A stretch of DNA of 24,561 bases, taken from the NCBI GenBank assembly GCA_039680575.1, contig JBDKSP010000084.1, positions 1 through 24,561 on the forward strand, in the 5' to 3' direction. The notes under the pieces are model-generated. The model did no database searches. It was given only the letters and a program-made list of their open reading frames with translations, and had not been told where the DNA came from. Every line of letters begins with the position of its first letter. The stretch's first letter is position 1. This DNA comes from Armatimonadota bacterium. Its GTDB lineage: Bacteria; Armatimonadota; UBA5829; DTLH01. The position numbers were made by a program, and so were the translations under genes. Of the stretch, positions 7,412-15,634 are shown piece after piece.

Positions 7412-8734
7412 ATGATGAAAAGATTATTTCGCTCATTGCGCGTAATTGCGCCTGTATTTATGTTGTTAACCCTCTCAGCGGCAGCTTTTGCTGAGATCGA
7501 TCTGGCGACCAGACAAGAGACATTCGAGAGAGTGTGGACCATAGTCAACGAGCGTTTTTACGACCCTAATTTCAACGGCGTAAACTGGGCCGCGGTCAAA
7601 AAGGAATATGAGAAGAAAATTCCTTTCATTCAGAGCGACCAGGAGTTCTACAAACTGCTGACTGATATGCTTGACGAACTGCACTGTTCGCACTTTGCGA
7701 TAATCCCTCCGTCGCCCTACGAAGAATACGAGTCTCAAAAGGGGCCGATAGATTCATCTCCGGGTATCAAGGTGCGTTTCGTCGAGGATAAGCCCATGAT
7801 CACCAGTGTGGCGCCTGATTCTCCTGCGGCAAAGGCAGGGATTAAGCCGGGATATATCATCACTCATGTAAGGGGCAAGGAAGTCTCGAAGTTGTGGGAG
7901 TATGTTAAATCGTCAGGTAAATCAGACCATTATAACAAAGCCAAATTTGCTTTTATGATGGACAGCGTGCTCTCCGGGTATGAAGGCGAGACGATGGAGA
8001 TAAAATACCTTGATGAGAAGGATGCCCCCAGGGTAACCAAGGTCAAGCTGGCGAAAAAGAAGGGACAGAATGTCTCGTTGGGTATGTACGATGAGCTTGC
8101 CGAGTTCGAGACCAAGCGCATCGAGGATAATATCGGTTATATAAGTTTCAGTACCTTTACCCCGGATCTCACGATACCGATCAAGGATGCGATCAGGTCG
8201 TTCCACGATACACCGGGGATCATAATCGATCTACGCGGCAACCCCGGAGGGGTAGTCCACACTACCATGGCTATATCGGCCATGTTTTATGGGGAGAGGT
8301 CTTCTCTCGGGACGATGAAACAGCGTAAAGGGGAAATAAGATATCCGATATTCCCTTCGAAGGATCCTTACAAGGGAGTTGTAGTCATCCTGACAGATGA
8401 GGCTTCCGCCAGTTCGTCAGAAGTCCTTGCGTGTGGAATGCAGTGGAATAAGAGGGCTATCGTTATTGGTGGGAGATCTATGGGAGCTTCGCTGCCATCT
8501 GTTATGGAAAGGCTTCCTACCGGCGCTGTTATGCAGTATGTCATCGCCGATTTCAAGACACCGAACGGCTACTTGATAGAAGGTAATGGAGCAGTCCCGG
8601 ATTATCCTGTGGAACTTACGCGCGCGAACCTCTTAACCGGGCGCGATCCGGTTATTGTTAAAGCCATATCGGTGATAAAAGAGAAAAGCGCTGCTGCCGA
8701 TACTGCCGCCAAAGAGTTACAGGTGACGCGTTAA
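7412..8734 (+). CDS. S41 family carboxyl-terminal processing peptidase with PDZ domain, secreted
   Basis: Signal peptide (AFA-E), PDZ (DSPAAKAGIKPG), IGYI, IIDLRGNPGG, catalytic SASSSE and IEGNGAVPD. Confidence 0.92.
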   Translation: MMKRLFRSLRVIAPVFMLLTLSAAAFAEIDLATRQETFERVWTIVNERFYDPNFNGVNWAAVKKEYEKKIPFIQSDQEFYKLLTDMLDELHCSHFAIIPPSPYEEYESQKGPIDSSPGIKVRFVEDKPMITSVAPDSPAAKAGIKPGYIITHVRGKEVSKLWEYVKSSGKSDHYNKAKFAFMMDSVLSGYEGETMEIKYLDEKDAPRVTKVKLAKKKGQNVSLGMYDELAEFETKRIEDNIGYISFSTFTPDLTIPIKDAIRSFHDTPGIIIDLRGNPGGVVHTTMAISAMFYGERSSLGTMKQRKGEIRYPIFPSKDPYKGVVVILTDEASASSSEVLACGMQWNKRAIVIGGRSMGASLPSVMERLPTGAVMQYVIADFKTPNGYLIEGNGAVPDYPVELTRANLLTGRDPVIVKAISVIKEKSAAADTAAKELQVTR

Positions 8735-8804
8735 AACTCTCCCCGCAAGATTTTCGGCGATAATAGATATACGATTGGTTGCCAATTGAATAGCCGGAAA
8801 TCCA
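8711..8804 (+). repeat. Degenerate free copy of double-hairpin element B overlapping the peptidase 3' end
   Basis: AAAGAGTTACAGGT..AAACTCTCCCCGCAAGATTTTCGGC..(34 nt)..GCCGGAAATCCA matches 24451-24513. Confidence 0.75.
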
Positions 8805-8831
8805 CAAGTAACGCTTCGGCCTGAAAAGCAA

Positions 8832-8861
8832 GATAGCCCAGCGCATTTGCGCTGGGCTATC
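8832..8861. terminator. Terminator hairpin between the convergent peptidase and rpmA genes
   Basis: Perfect 14-bp inverted repeat GATAGCCCAGCGCA-TT-TGCGCTGGGCTATC, followed by TTGCTTTT on the minus strand. Confidence 0.75.
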
Positions 8862-8892
8862 AATTTAACTTCTGCAGCAATGTTGCTTGAGG

Positions 8893-9147
8893 TTACTCCG
8901 CCGGGTAGACGCTTATAACTCTCCTGCCGCCGCCATGCTCGAACTTAACCAGTCCGTCTACGAGCGCAAAGAGGGTGTGATCTCTGCCGAGTCCGACGTT
9001 GCTACCCGGGTGCAGTTTGGTTCCTCGCTGGCGGATCAGAATGGATCCTGCGGTGACTTTTTCTCCCGCGTACTCCTTCACGCCAAGCCTCTTGGACTTG
9101 CTGTCGCGTCCATTACGGGAACTACCTACTCCTTTTTTATGGGCCAT
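8893..9147 (-). CDS. rpmA: 50S ribosomal protein L27
   Basis: [40 protein letters not shown]. Confidence 0.99.
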   Translation of the reverse strand: MAHKKGVGSSRNGRDSKSKRLGVKEYAGEKVTAGSILIRQRGTKLHPGSNVGLGRDHTLFALVDGLVKFEHGGGRRVISVYPAE

Positions 9148-9249
9148 TAAATCTCACCTGCCTTCGTGTAAACCCTGTACAATTGCAAATAGACCAACCG
9201 CTACTATATCAGCGGTCGGTATATTGCAACTAAAAACTTATGGAGCAGC

Positions 9250-9561
9250 TTAAGCCTCAATCTTTGTGATTTCTAGTCTTGTAAGCTGCTGCCTGTGACC
9301 CCAGTGCCGCTGAGTGTGCTTTTTAGGCTTGTATGTGAAGGCATCGATCTTTGGTCCCTTGAACTGCTTCAAGACTTTGGCCGTCACTTTTGCTCCGGGC
9401 ACATACGGTGTTCCGACTTTCACGCCAGAATCGGCGCCGACGACGAGGACTTCTTCGATCGTAATCTCTGAACCCTCATCAGAAGACAGCTTATTGACCT
9501 CAATTATTGTCTTCTCTTCGACTCTATATTGCTGGCCGCCTGTTTTAACTATAGCGTACAA
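9250..9561 (-). CDS. rplU: 50S ribosomal protein L21
   Basis: (M)[25 protein letters not shown] start at 9561 behind a GGGAG RBS gives 103 aa; the ORF-track start at 9663 is too long. Confidence 0.97.
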   Translation of the reverse strand: MYAIVKTGGQQYRVEEKTIIEVNKLSSDEGSEITIEEVLVVGADSGVKVGTPYVPGAKVTAKVLKQFKGPKIDAFTYKPKKHTQRHWGHRQQLTRLEITKIEA

Positions 9562-9619
9562 TTCCGGTCTCCCACACATAATGCTGGGTATCGAGAATCT
9601 CCCGATACCCAGGTTCGAT

Positions 9620-9648
9620 ATTTTATCACGGAGCAACCGCTTTGTCAA
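9620..9648 (-). promoter_or_regulatory. Strong sigma70 promoter for rplU-rpmA embedded in the rng 3' end
   Basis: TTGACA-N17-TAAAAT, with the extended -10 TG supplied by the rng TGA stop codon. Confidence 0.75.
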
Positions 9649-11341
9649 GCGATTTTGCTCCACCGACTACTTCACCCAGCGCATAAGACCGCCGGACGTC
9701 TGAAAGTTTCGCTTTTACCCTCTGCCCGACATACTTACCGCCGTTCGAGAGATCGACCAGGTAACCGTCGATCCATGCCGTAGACCTCGGTAGAAGTGAG
9801 TAAGGGTTTCTCACTACGCTGCATTCTATAGTATCGGACGATTTGAGCTGCTGCATTTGCCGCTCAGTTTCCTGAATGTTTGCCGGCACTATCTCAAACT
9901 TCTCTATATGCAGATCTTCGTTCGCCCTTACGTATATAGCATGCTTCAACTGTCTTTCGATCTCGTCTATCGTTTCTCCCATCGGTCCGATCAGGTGAAC
10001 AGCGACTTCCGGGTGGGCCGTTACTACGAACGCTTCCTCATCGGTCACCGATACCATCTTTCTCAGCTCACGCTCGATGTCTATCGATACCGATTCAGGT
10101 GATTTTACCCGGCCCCGGCTCTGGCAATAGGGGCAACTCTCCGTCATTGCTTCGGATATGGTCTCGCCGGTCCGTTTTCTGGTCATCTCGATCAGTCCGA
10201 GCGGGCTGATGTTCGATATTTTCGTCCTGGTGCGGTCTTTTTTGAGCGCTTTCTCCAGCGCGGATACCACATGCTGCCTGTCTTTCGGATTAGCCATATC
10301 GATAAAGTCGATAATGATAATCCCGCCTATATCCCGCAGCCTGAGCTGCCTTGCGATTTCGGTTACAGCGTCAAGATTCGTCTTGAGTATTGTGTCGGAC
10401 AGGCTCGTGCTTCCGATGTACTTGCCTGTATTGACATCTATCGTTGTCAATGCCTCGGTCTCGTCGATAGTGAGATGTCCGCCGGACTTGAGCCAGACCT
10501 TGCGCCTTAGAAGCCGGTCGATCTCACTCTCGACAGCGTATCTCTCGAAAATCGGTTCCCGCCCATCGTAGAGCTGGATACGCGATTTCATTCTGGGTGA
10601 TAGCAACTCGATAAGCTCGATAGCTTTTTCGTAATCGACAGGTGAGTCGATCAGCATAGCTGTGACATCGGCGCTCAGGACATCCCTTATGGTCTTGTAG
10701 ATTAAGGACAGGTCCTGGTGTACAAGCCCAGGAGCGCTGATTTTTCGGGATTTCTCCTGAATCTGATTCCACATTCTGAGGAGGAATTCGAGGTCCTGCT
10801 TTAGCTCGGCCTCACTTTTCCCCTCAGCCTCGGTCCGGACTATGAGTCCATACCCGAGCGGGCGGATATTCTCAGCGATTTTCTTCAGCCGGTCGCGTTC
10901 TCCGCTTTCCTCGATCTTTCTCGATATCCCCGAGTTATCGGAGTCCGGCATGAGAACGAGATAACGGCCAGGGAGTGAGACTCTGGTTGAGACTCTTGCT
11001 CCTTTCGTGCCGCGCGGGCCTTTGATGACCTGTACCAAGAGTTCCTGCCCAATCTTGAGTACATCCTTGATGTGCAGATATTTGGTATCCTTTCTGCTGA
11101 CAGGCATATCTTCGTCGGCTTCAGGCAGAACATCAGCGACATAGAGAAACGCATTTCTCTCAAGCCCTATATCCACGAAAGCTGCATCCATACCAGGAAG
11201 AACATTGGATACTTTGCATTTATAAATACTTCCGACTACGCGTTCTTCCCGTTCGACGTGCAGTTCGACCAGTTTATCGCCTTCGATCAGTGCGACCCTG
11301 GTTTCCCGGGTGTCGACATTGACGATTATTTCCTTCGACAA
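9626..11341 (-). CDS. rng: Ribonuclease E/G family (Rne/Rng) with a C-terminal TRAM-like domain
   Basis: S1 domain (GSIYKCKV..LPGMDAAFVDIG), IDVNTG, LRLRDIGGIIIIDFIDM, EMTRKR and Zn-link CPYC; TTG start with AAGGAGGTG RBS. Confidence 0.95.
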   Translation of the reverse strand: MSKEIIVNVDTRETRVALIEGDKLVELHVEREERVVGSIYKCKVSNVLPGMDAAFVDIGLERNAFLYVADVLPEADEDMPVSRKDTKYLHIKDVLKIGQELLVQVIKGPRGTKGARVSTRVSLPGRYLVLMPDSDNSGISRKIEESGERDRLKKIAENIRPLGYGLIVRTEAEGKSEAELKQDLEFLLRMWNQIQEKSRKISAPGLVHQDLSLIYKTIRDVLSADVTAMLIDSPVDYEKAIELIELLSPRMKSRIQLYDGREPIFERYAVESEIDRLLRRKVWLKSGGHLTIDETEALTTIDVNTGKYIGSTSLSDTILKTNLDAVTEIARQLRLRDIGGIIIIDFIDMANPKDRQHVVSALEKALKKDRTRTKISNISPLGLIEMTRKRTGETISEAMTESCPYCQSRGRVKSPESVSIDIERELRKMVSVTDEEAFVVTAHPEVAVHLIGPMGETIDEIERQLKHAIYVRANEDLHIEKFEIVPANIQETERQMQQLKSSDTIECSVVRNPYSLLPRSTAWIDGYLVDLSNGGKYVGQRVKAKLSDVRRSYALGEVVGGAKSLDKAVAP

Positions 11342-11459
11342 GTGCTATCACCTCCTTCCATTCTGTCATTCATATCAATATCCCCTTTCAAATAGGAATC
11401 TTTTCTGTCACTAAAGCAGGTTAGGTAGCTTTCAGCAGGGAAGGGATTGGATGATACCG

Positions 11460-11484
11460 TGCTTCGGGATATTATCCCGAAGCA
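11460..11484. repeat. Perfect 25-bp palindrome
   Basis: TGCTTCGGGATA-T-TATCCCGAAGCA. Confidence 0.8.
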
Positions 11485-11492
11485 TAAGAATA

Positions 11493-11594
11493 CGTCATTC
11501 CGAGCTTGACTCGAAATCCAGGAAGAAAGATGGACCCTGAATCTTCCGGGGAGAGTTTCAGGTAATACCTGAAACTCCTTAGTTCGGTGTGACG
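11493..11594 (-). repeat. CGTC-tagged REP doublet copy 2, carrying a 37-bp element-B insert (11544-11580)
   Basis: Reverse complement reads CGTCACACCGAACT[AAGGAGTTTCAGGTATTACCTGAAACTCTCCCCGGAA]GATTCAGGGTCCATCTTTCTTCCTGGATTTCGAGTCAAGCTCGGAATGACG. Confidence 0.88.
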
Positions 11595-11606
11595 TCCTCT
11601 ATTCCC

Positions 11607-11640
11607 TTTTTCTATTTTCTCCCTTTCGTGCTTTAGTGAT
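11607..11640. repeat. Solo arm of the ATCACGAAA-type repeat
   Basis: TTTCGTGCTTTAGTGAT (11624-11640) is 16/17 identical to 1963-1979 and is preceded by a similar pyrimidine tract. Confidence 0.65.
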
Positions 11641-11670
11641 TAAATAAACTCCCGCATAATTAGCGGTAAA

Positions 11671-14193
11671 CTAATAAACCTTAACCCTATGAGCAGAGCG
11701 CATTTCGATGGATGGGATGCTCTCTTTCAGTGCATCGACGATCTCACTCGGCCTGCCGCTTGTAAGTCTCGCCCGGATAACTCCGGTGCATCCATTTATG
11801 CTATGCTCGTTCAGCAGTTCAATCGACTCGATACCGGGTCTGATATCTACCTGCTTGAAACCTTGTTCTTTCTTTCTGGCTATCACTAAACTTTCACTCG
11901 ATAAGAGCGTACCGATAGCCGCGTCCATATCTATTGTGTTATGAGTCCCCATTACACCGATCAGATACTCACTGCCCTGAATCGATGGGGACTTGCGCCC
12001 GTCCACTTCCACTGCCGATTTTATACTTAACCCATCGGGCAGTGCTGAGTTCAGTGCGCCGACTAACTCGACAGGATCGATTCTCTTCGCCAGCTCTATA
12101 GTCATCGGTTCGGCTTCACCGGTCGTTCCGACTGAGAGCTGGGTGTAAAACGACATTCGTGGTCTCGGATTGAACCCTTCAGAGTAAGAAACCGGCATAT
12201 TAGCGCGCCTTACAGCTCGCTCGAAGACTCTCACGAGGTCCAGATGCGACAGATACCTGAGGTTAGGTCCCTTCGAGTAAGTCAATCTGAACCACACACG
12301 TGTTTGTTCAGTTTTTTCCTCTGACTGCTCGGAATAAACATCTGGTGCAGCCTCGTTTTCAGAGCTGTATACGCCGCACCCGTCAGAACTGCCGAGAAAT
12401 TCCTTGATTCCGCAGTTCAGGCAGACTCCGAACCGGCAGTCCGGCAGTGATTTCGTCTGTTCCGCAAGCTTGTCCTGCGCCATGAGCCACTTGGTGGTCA
12501 CGCCGCAGTCGATATGCTCCCAGGGTAGGGGAGCGTCGTAACTTTTTCGGCTGTGAGCGATTGAATCGGCATCTACTCCGCACCCATTGAACGCTTCCTG
12601 CCATCTCTCGTAGTCGAAGCGGTCGTCCCAGCCGTCGAACTTCGAACCCATCTCCCAGGCTTTAAGAATTACCGGTCCAAGCTCTCTGCCGCCGTTTGCA
12701 AAAACGGCTTCGAGTTCGCTCATGGTCGTGTCATGCCATGAAATCGAAACCGACCTGTGCCTCAGCCTCGACCTCAGTATCTCGATCTTTCGCTTGAGCT
12801 CCTCGATTCTGTCTTGCGCCCTCCACTGGAACGGCGTAAAAGGCTTGGGAACAAACGAGGATACTCCCACATTTATCGAAAGCGGCCGCCTCTTTGTCCG
12901 TGCAAGGTCCAGCACTTTGTATACCAGGCCCGCAATCGCTGAGACATCTTCGTCCGTCTCTGTCGGGAGCCCGATCATGAAATAAAGCTTGATCTTGCGC
13001 CAGCCGCACTCGAGCGCTGTTTCCACTGCTTCCAGCAGGTCAGCCTCGGTCACGTTTTTATTTATAACATCTCTCAGCCGCTGTGTCCCGGCTTCCGGCG
13101 CAAACGTAAGCCCGGATTTTCTGACTTTCTGAATCTCAGCCGCGAATCTGACGCATCCTGCATCCGCCCTTATCGACGGAAGCGATACACCGATCCGCTC
13201 CGACTCATATTTCGCAATCAGATCGTGTACAAGCTGCTCGATCCCTGTGTAATCTGCGCTTGAGAGGGACATCAAGCCGATCTCATCGTAACCTGTAGCA
13301 GCAATGAGCGCCGCGGCCTGCTCCTTGATCTTACCTATGGACTTTTCTCTCACCGGCCTTGTAATCATACCCGCCTGGCAGAACCGGCATGTTCGAGTGC
13401 ATCCGCGCATTATCTCAAGCGCGACCCGGTCATGGATCGTTTCTACGAACGGCACGATCATTCTGTCCGGGTAGTCCACCGACTCGAAGTCTTTAACGAC
13501 CGTTCGCCGCACCTTTGCAGGCACTTTGTCGTCGATTGGCGCTAATCCGCCGTCACTTTTCTCGTAAAGAGATGGGACATACACTCCCTCAATTGAGGCG
13601 AGTGCCAGAAGCAGCTTATGGCGGTCGGTCTTATGCTCTTTGTATACATGGACGATTTTATGCACGACTTCTTCGCCGTCACCGATGGCAAATGCATCGA
13701 TGAATTCCGCCATCGGTTCGGGGTTGACTGTGCAGTGGCCTCCGGCGATGATCAGCGGGTGTGACTCGTTGCGCTCCGAGCTCTTGAGCGGGATGCCCGC
13801 AAGGTCGAGCATGTTGAGGACATTAGTGTAGGTAAGTTCGTAGGCAAGGGAAAAGCCGATTATATCGAAGCTCTGCACCGGAACGAACGATTCCAGCGCG
13901 TACAATGGCAACTGCGCCTCCCGCATGGCATCTTCCATGTCCGCAGCAGGTGCAAATACACGTTCCGCCGCTGTGTCGTCACGGCGGTTTAGTGTGTGAT
14001 AGAGGATTTTGATGCCGATGTTCGACATCCCGACCTCATATACATCAGGGAATGCGAGTGCAAAGAGGACCTCAACACTGGCATGGTCCTTCTTTACTTC
14101 ACCCAGCTCCCCGCCGGTATAACGTGCCGGTCCTCTCACCTTCAGCAGGATACTTTCTACCAGATCACGTATCCCGGTGAGCCGGAGCCCCAA
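11671..14193 (-). CDS. TIGR03960-family radical SAM protein fused to a TIGR03936 (DUF2344) radical SAM-linked domain
   Basis: PARYTGGE, FPDVYEVGMS, CxxxCxxC (GCTRTCRFC), TFAPEAG and KLYFMIGLP; C-terminal YLSHLDL..YSEGFNPRP. The exact start (TTG 14193) is uncertain. Confidence 0.9.
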   Translation of the reverse strand: MGLRLTGIRDLVESILLKVRGPARYTGGELGEVKKDHASVEVLFALAFPDVYEVGMSNIGIKILYHTLNRRDDTAAERVFAPAADMEDAMREAQLPLYALESFVPVQSFDIIGFSLAYELTYTNVLNMLDLAGIPLKSSERNESHPLIIAGGHCTVNPEPMAEFIDAFAIGDGEEVVHKIVHVYKEHKTDRHKLLLALASIEGVYVPSLYEKSDGGLAPIDDKVPAKVRRTVVKDFESVDYPDRMIVPFVETIHDRVALEIMRGCTRTCRFCQAGMITRPVREKSIGKIKEQAAALIAATGYDEIGLMSLSSADYTGIEQLVHDLIAKYESERIGVSLPSIRADAGCVRFAAEIQKVRKSGLTFAPEAGTQRLRDVINKNVTEADLLEAVETALECGWRKIKLYFMIGLPTETDEDVSAIAGLVYKVLDLARTKRRPLSINVGVSSFVPKPFTPFQWRAQDRIEELKRKIEILRSRLRHRSVSISWHDTTMSELEAVFANGGRELGPVILKAWEMGSKFDGWDDRFDYERWQEAFNGCGVDADSIAHSRKSYDAPLPWEHIDCGVTTKWLMAQDKLAEQTKSLPDCRFGVCLNCGIKEFLGSSDGCGVYSSENEAAPDVYSEQSEEKTEQTRVWFRLTYSKGPNLRYLSHLDLVRVFERAVRRANMPVSYSEGFNPRPRMSFYTQLSVGTTGEAEPMTIELAKRIDPVELVGALNSALPDGLSIKSAVEVDGRKSPSIQGSEYLIGVMGTHNTIDMDAAIGTLLSSESLVIARKKEQGFKQVDIRPGIESIELLNEHSINGCTGVIRARLTSGRPSEIVDALKESIPSIEMRSAHRVKVY

Positions 14194-14294
14194 TATGTGC
14201 CAACTTTCTTAGGCCTGGCCTGTTTTAGCCGGCCAAATATATATAAAGCTGGTGAGGGTTACCCCCGCCAGCCGTAAAACCCTATTTCGACAAT

Positions 14295-14323
14295 ATTATA
14301 CCATTCATGCACCATAGGGTCAA
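14295..14323 (-). promoter_or_regulatory. sigma70 promoter of the radical SAM gene
   Basis: TTGACC-N17-TATAAT with extended -10 TG. Confidence 0.75.
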
Positions 14324-14418
14324 TTGCGAGTTCGGAATGTGAGTTCAGAGTGATGGCAGAGCAAACGAATGGGATTGAGAGTGTTAAGGGTGATAATCGG
14401 ATATCGCCGGAATACCAA

Positions 14419-14448
14419 GAGCCGCCTGAAAACTACACTCGGCGGCTC
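14419..14448 (-). terminator. Possible terminator of PEP-CTERM gene 1
   Basis: 8-bp stem GAGCCGCC/GGCGGCTC about 45 nt after the stop; weak U-tract. Confidence 0.4.
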
Positions 14449-14490
14449 CTAATTATATCCTTCACTTGCGAGCTCTTCGGAGATTCCGGC

Positions 14491-15114
14491 TTACCGTTTT
14501 CTCCTTCTAAAGAACATCCCTGCCGGAGCAAGTATAGTACATGCTGCCAGGATCGTTCCGGGTTCCGGAACAGAGGAAACATCCATTACGCCGGTTCCAT
14601 GGGCAGTAACACTGCCTGTCCCGCTAGTTTTCGTAAGGGTTGCATCGTGGTCTAATAGGAGCCACCTTGCGCTGATAGTAGGCCCATATGATATATCTCC
14701 TGATGATTCGCCGACCCACGAACCAGAACCGGATTTATCGACATTCAGTAAAGACCCCACACACGTCCAATTAGTAACATCTTCCGCAGAGTCCACATTG
14801 TCAGCACTGTAGTAGTACTGCCAGATGAAGTTATCACCGCCTGTATCTTTCAGATTACCCTGCAGGCTCCATGACGGGTTAGTGTTATTGGTGGTAATGT
14901 CTACTTTGCCACTGTATGTCAGTTTCCATAATCCTACGAATCCTAGATCGTATGACGAACTGTCTAGGTCCAAGGGGGTAGCAGTGACCGCAGTATTATT
15001 CTTCTTCACAGTAGCAGTGAAGCCTAAGGTGGTACCATCATTATCTGCTCGGACTCCGACCGATAAACAAGACAGGACTATAGTTGCTGCGATAGCAAAT
15101 AGCAGTTTTCTCAT
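14491..15114 (-). CDS. PEP-CTERM sorting domain protein 1
   Basis: Signal peptide (VRA-D), S/T/G/D/N-rich body, C-terminal VPEPGTILAACTILAPAGMFFRRRKR; AAGGAG RBS. Confidence 0.92.
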   Translation of the reverse strand: MRKLLFAIAATIVLSCLSVGVRADNDGTTLGFTATVKKNNTAVTATPLDLDSSSYDLGFVGLWKLTYSGKVDITTNNTNPSWSLQGNLKDTGGDNFIWQYYYSADNVDSAEDVTNWTCVGSLLNVDKSGSGSWVGESSGDISYGPTISARWLLLDHDATLTKTSGTGSVTAHGTGVMDVSSVPEPGTILAACTILAPAGMFFRRRKR

Positions 15115-15238
15115 AAATCTTATCTCCTTTCACAATTTCTTCCGCGCCCATCAGGCCATGAGCCTATCGACCCGGCGCTGGTGTGCCGATAACGCTGAAT
15201 TGACTGCGTAATTATTGACACTATGCCTTCTCGCCATC

Positions 15239-15326
15239 AATTTATCGTAAATTAGCTGATCAGTCAAGGCCATATTTCATATTTGACGAAATTTGACAGT
15301 AAAACAGGTAATATTACTGGGATACT
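15239..15326 (-). promoter_or_regulatory. Shared box plus promoter for PEP-CTERM gene 1
   Basis: Box AGTATC-CCAGTA-ATAT-TACCTG-TTTTA (15326-15300), 32 nt, then TTGACT (15267-15262)-N17-TAAATT. Confidence 0.7.
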
Positions 15327-15447
15327 CCCACTCGTAATGTGGAATGACCTGCCCCAGGGAGCCGCTGGTTTGCATTCCGGCTTGCTGCAGGAAACATACG
15401 GGATCAAATGTCTCTTTGTCTACATGTGTGTGTCACTGTACAGACAA

Positions 15448-15515
15448 AATTACCCTGTACAAATACCAGTTTTGCCACTTATCGTCTTGACACCGGAGAT
15501 ATCCCTACGTATATT
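15448..15515 (+). promoter_or_regulatory. Shared box plus promoter for the beta-propeller gene
   Basis: Box AATTAC-CCTGTA-CAAA-TACCAG-TTTTG (15448-15474), 12 nt, then TTGACA (15487-15492)-N17-TATATT. Confidence 0.7.
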
Positions 15516-15634
15516 GAGCATGTGGCAAGCTGACGGTCATAATATTGCGATCAATTTGAGTATCGCGTCAGCAGTTAACCTGAATAATCATCAGAAGATG
15601 TTCTGCCGGGTTGTTTATAAGGAGTAATGAGAAA

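Noticed and set aside
9562..9663. N-terminal extension of L21 in the ORF track
   Set aside because: It overlaps rng and the promoter. TTG 9561 with an RBS gives a canonical 103-aa L21.
14200..14290. ZTP (pfl) or SAM riboswitch in the radical SAM leader
   Set aside because: A CTGGCG is present, but the GGGAGC and CGCCTGGG ZTP hallmarks and the SAM-I core motifs are absent.
15448..15474. Shared box as a LexA (CTGT-N8-ACAG) or NtcA (GTA-N8-TAC) site
   Set aside because: The spacing is GTA-N4-TAC, the arms differ from those sites, and the box lies upstream of the -35 rather than overlapping the promoter.
15283..15627. 114-aa ORF in the divergent intergenic region
   Set aside because: No RBS or protein motif, and it spans two promoter/box modules.
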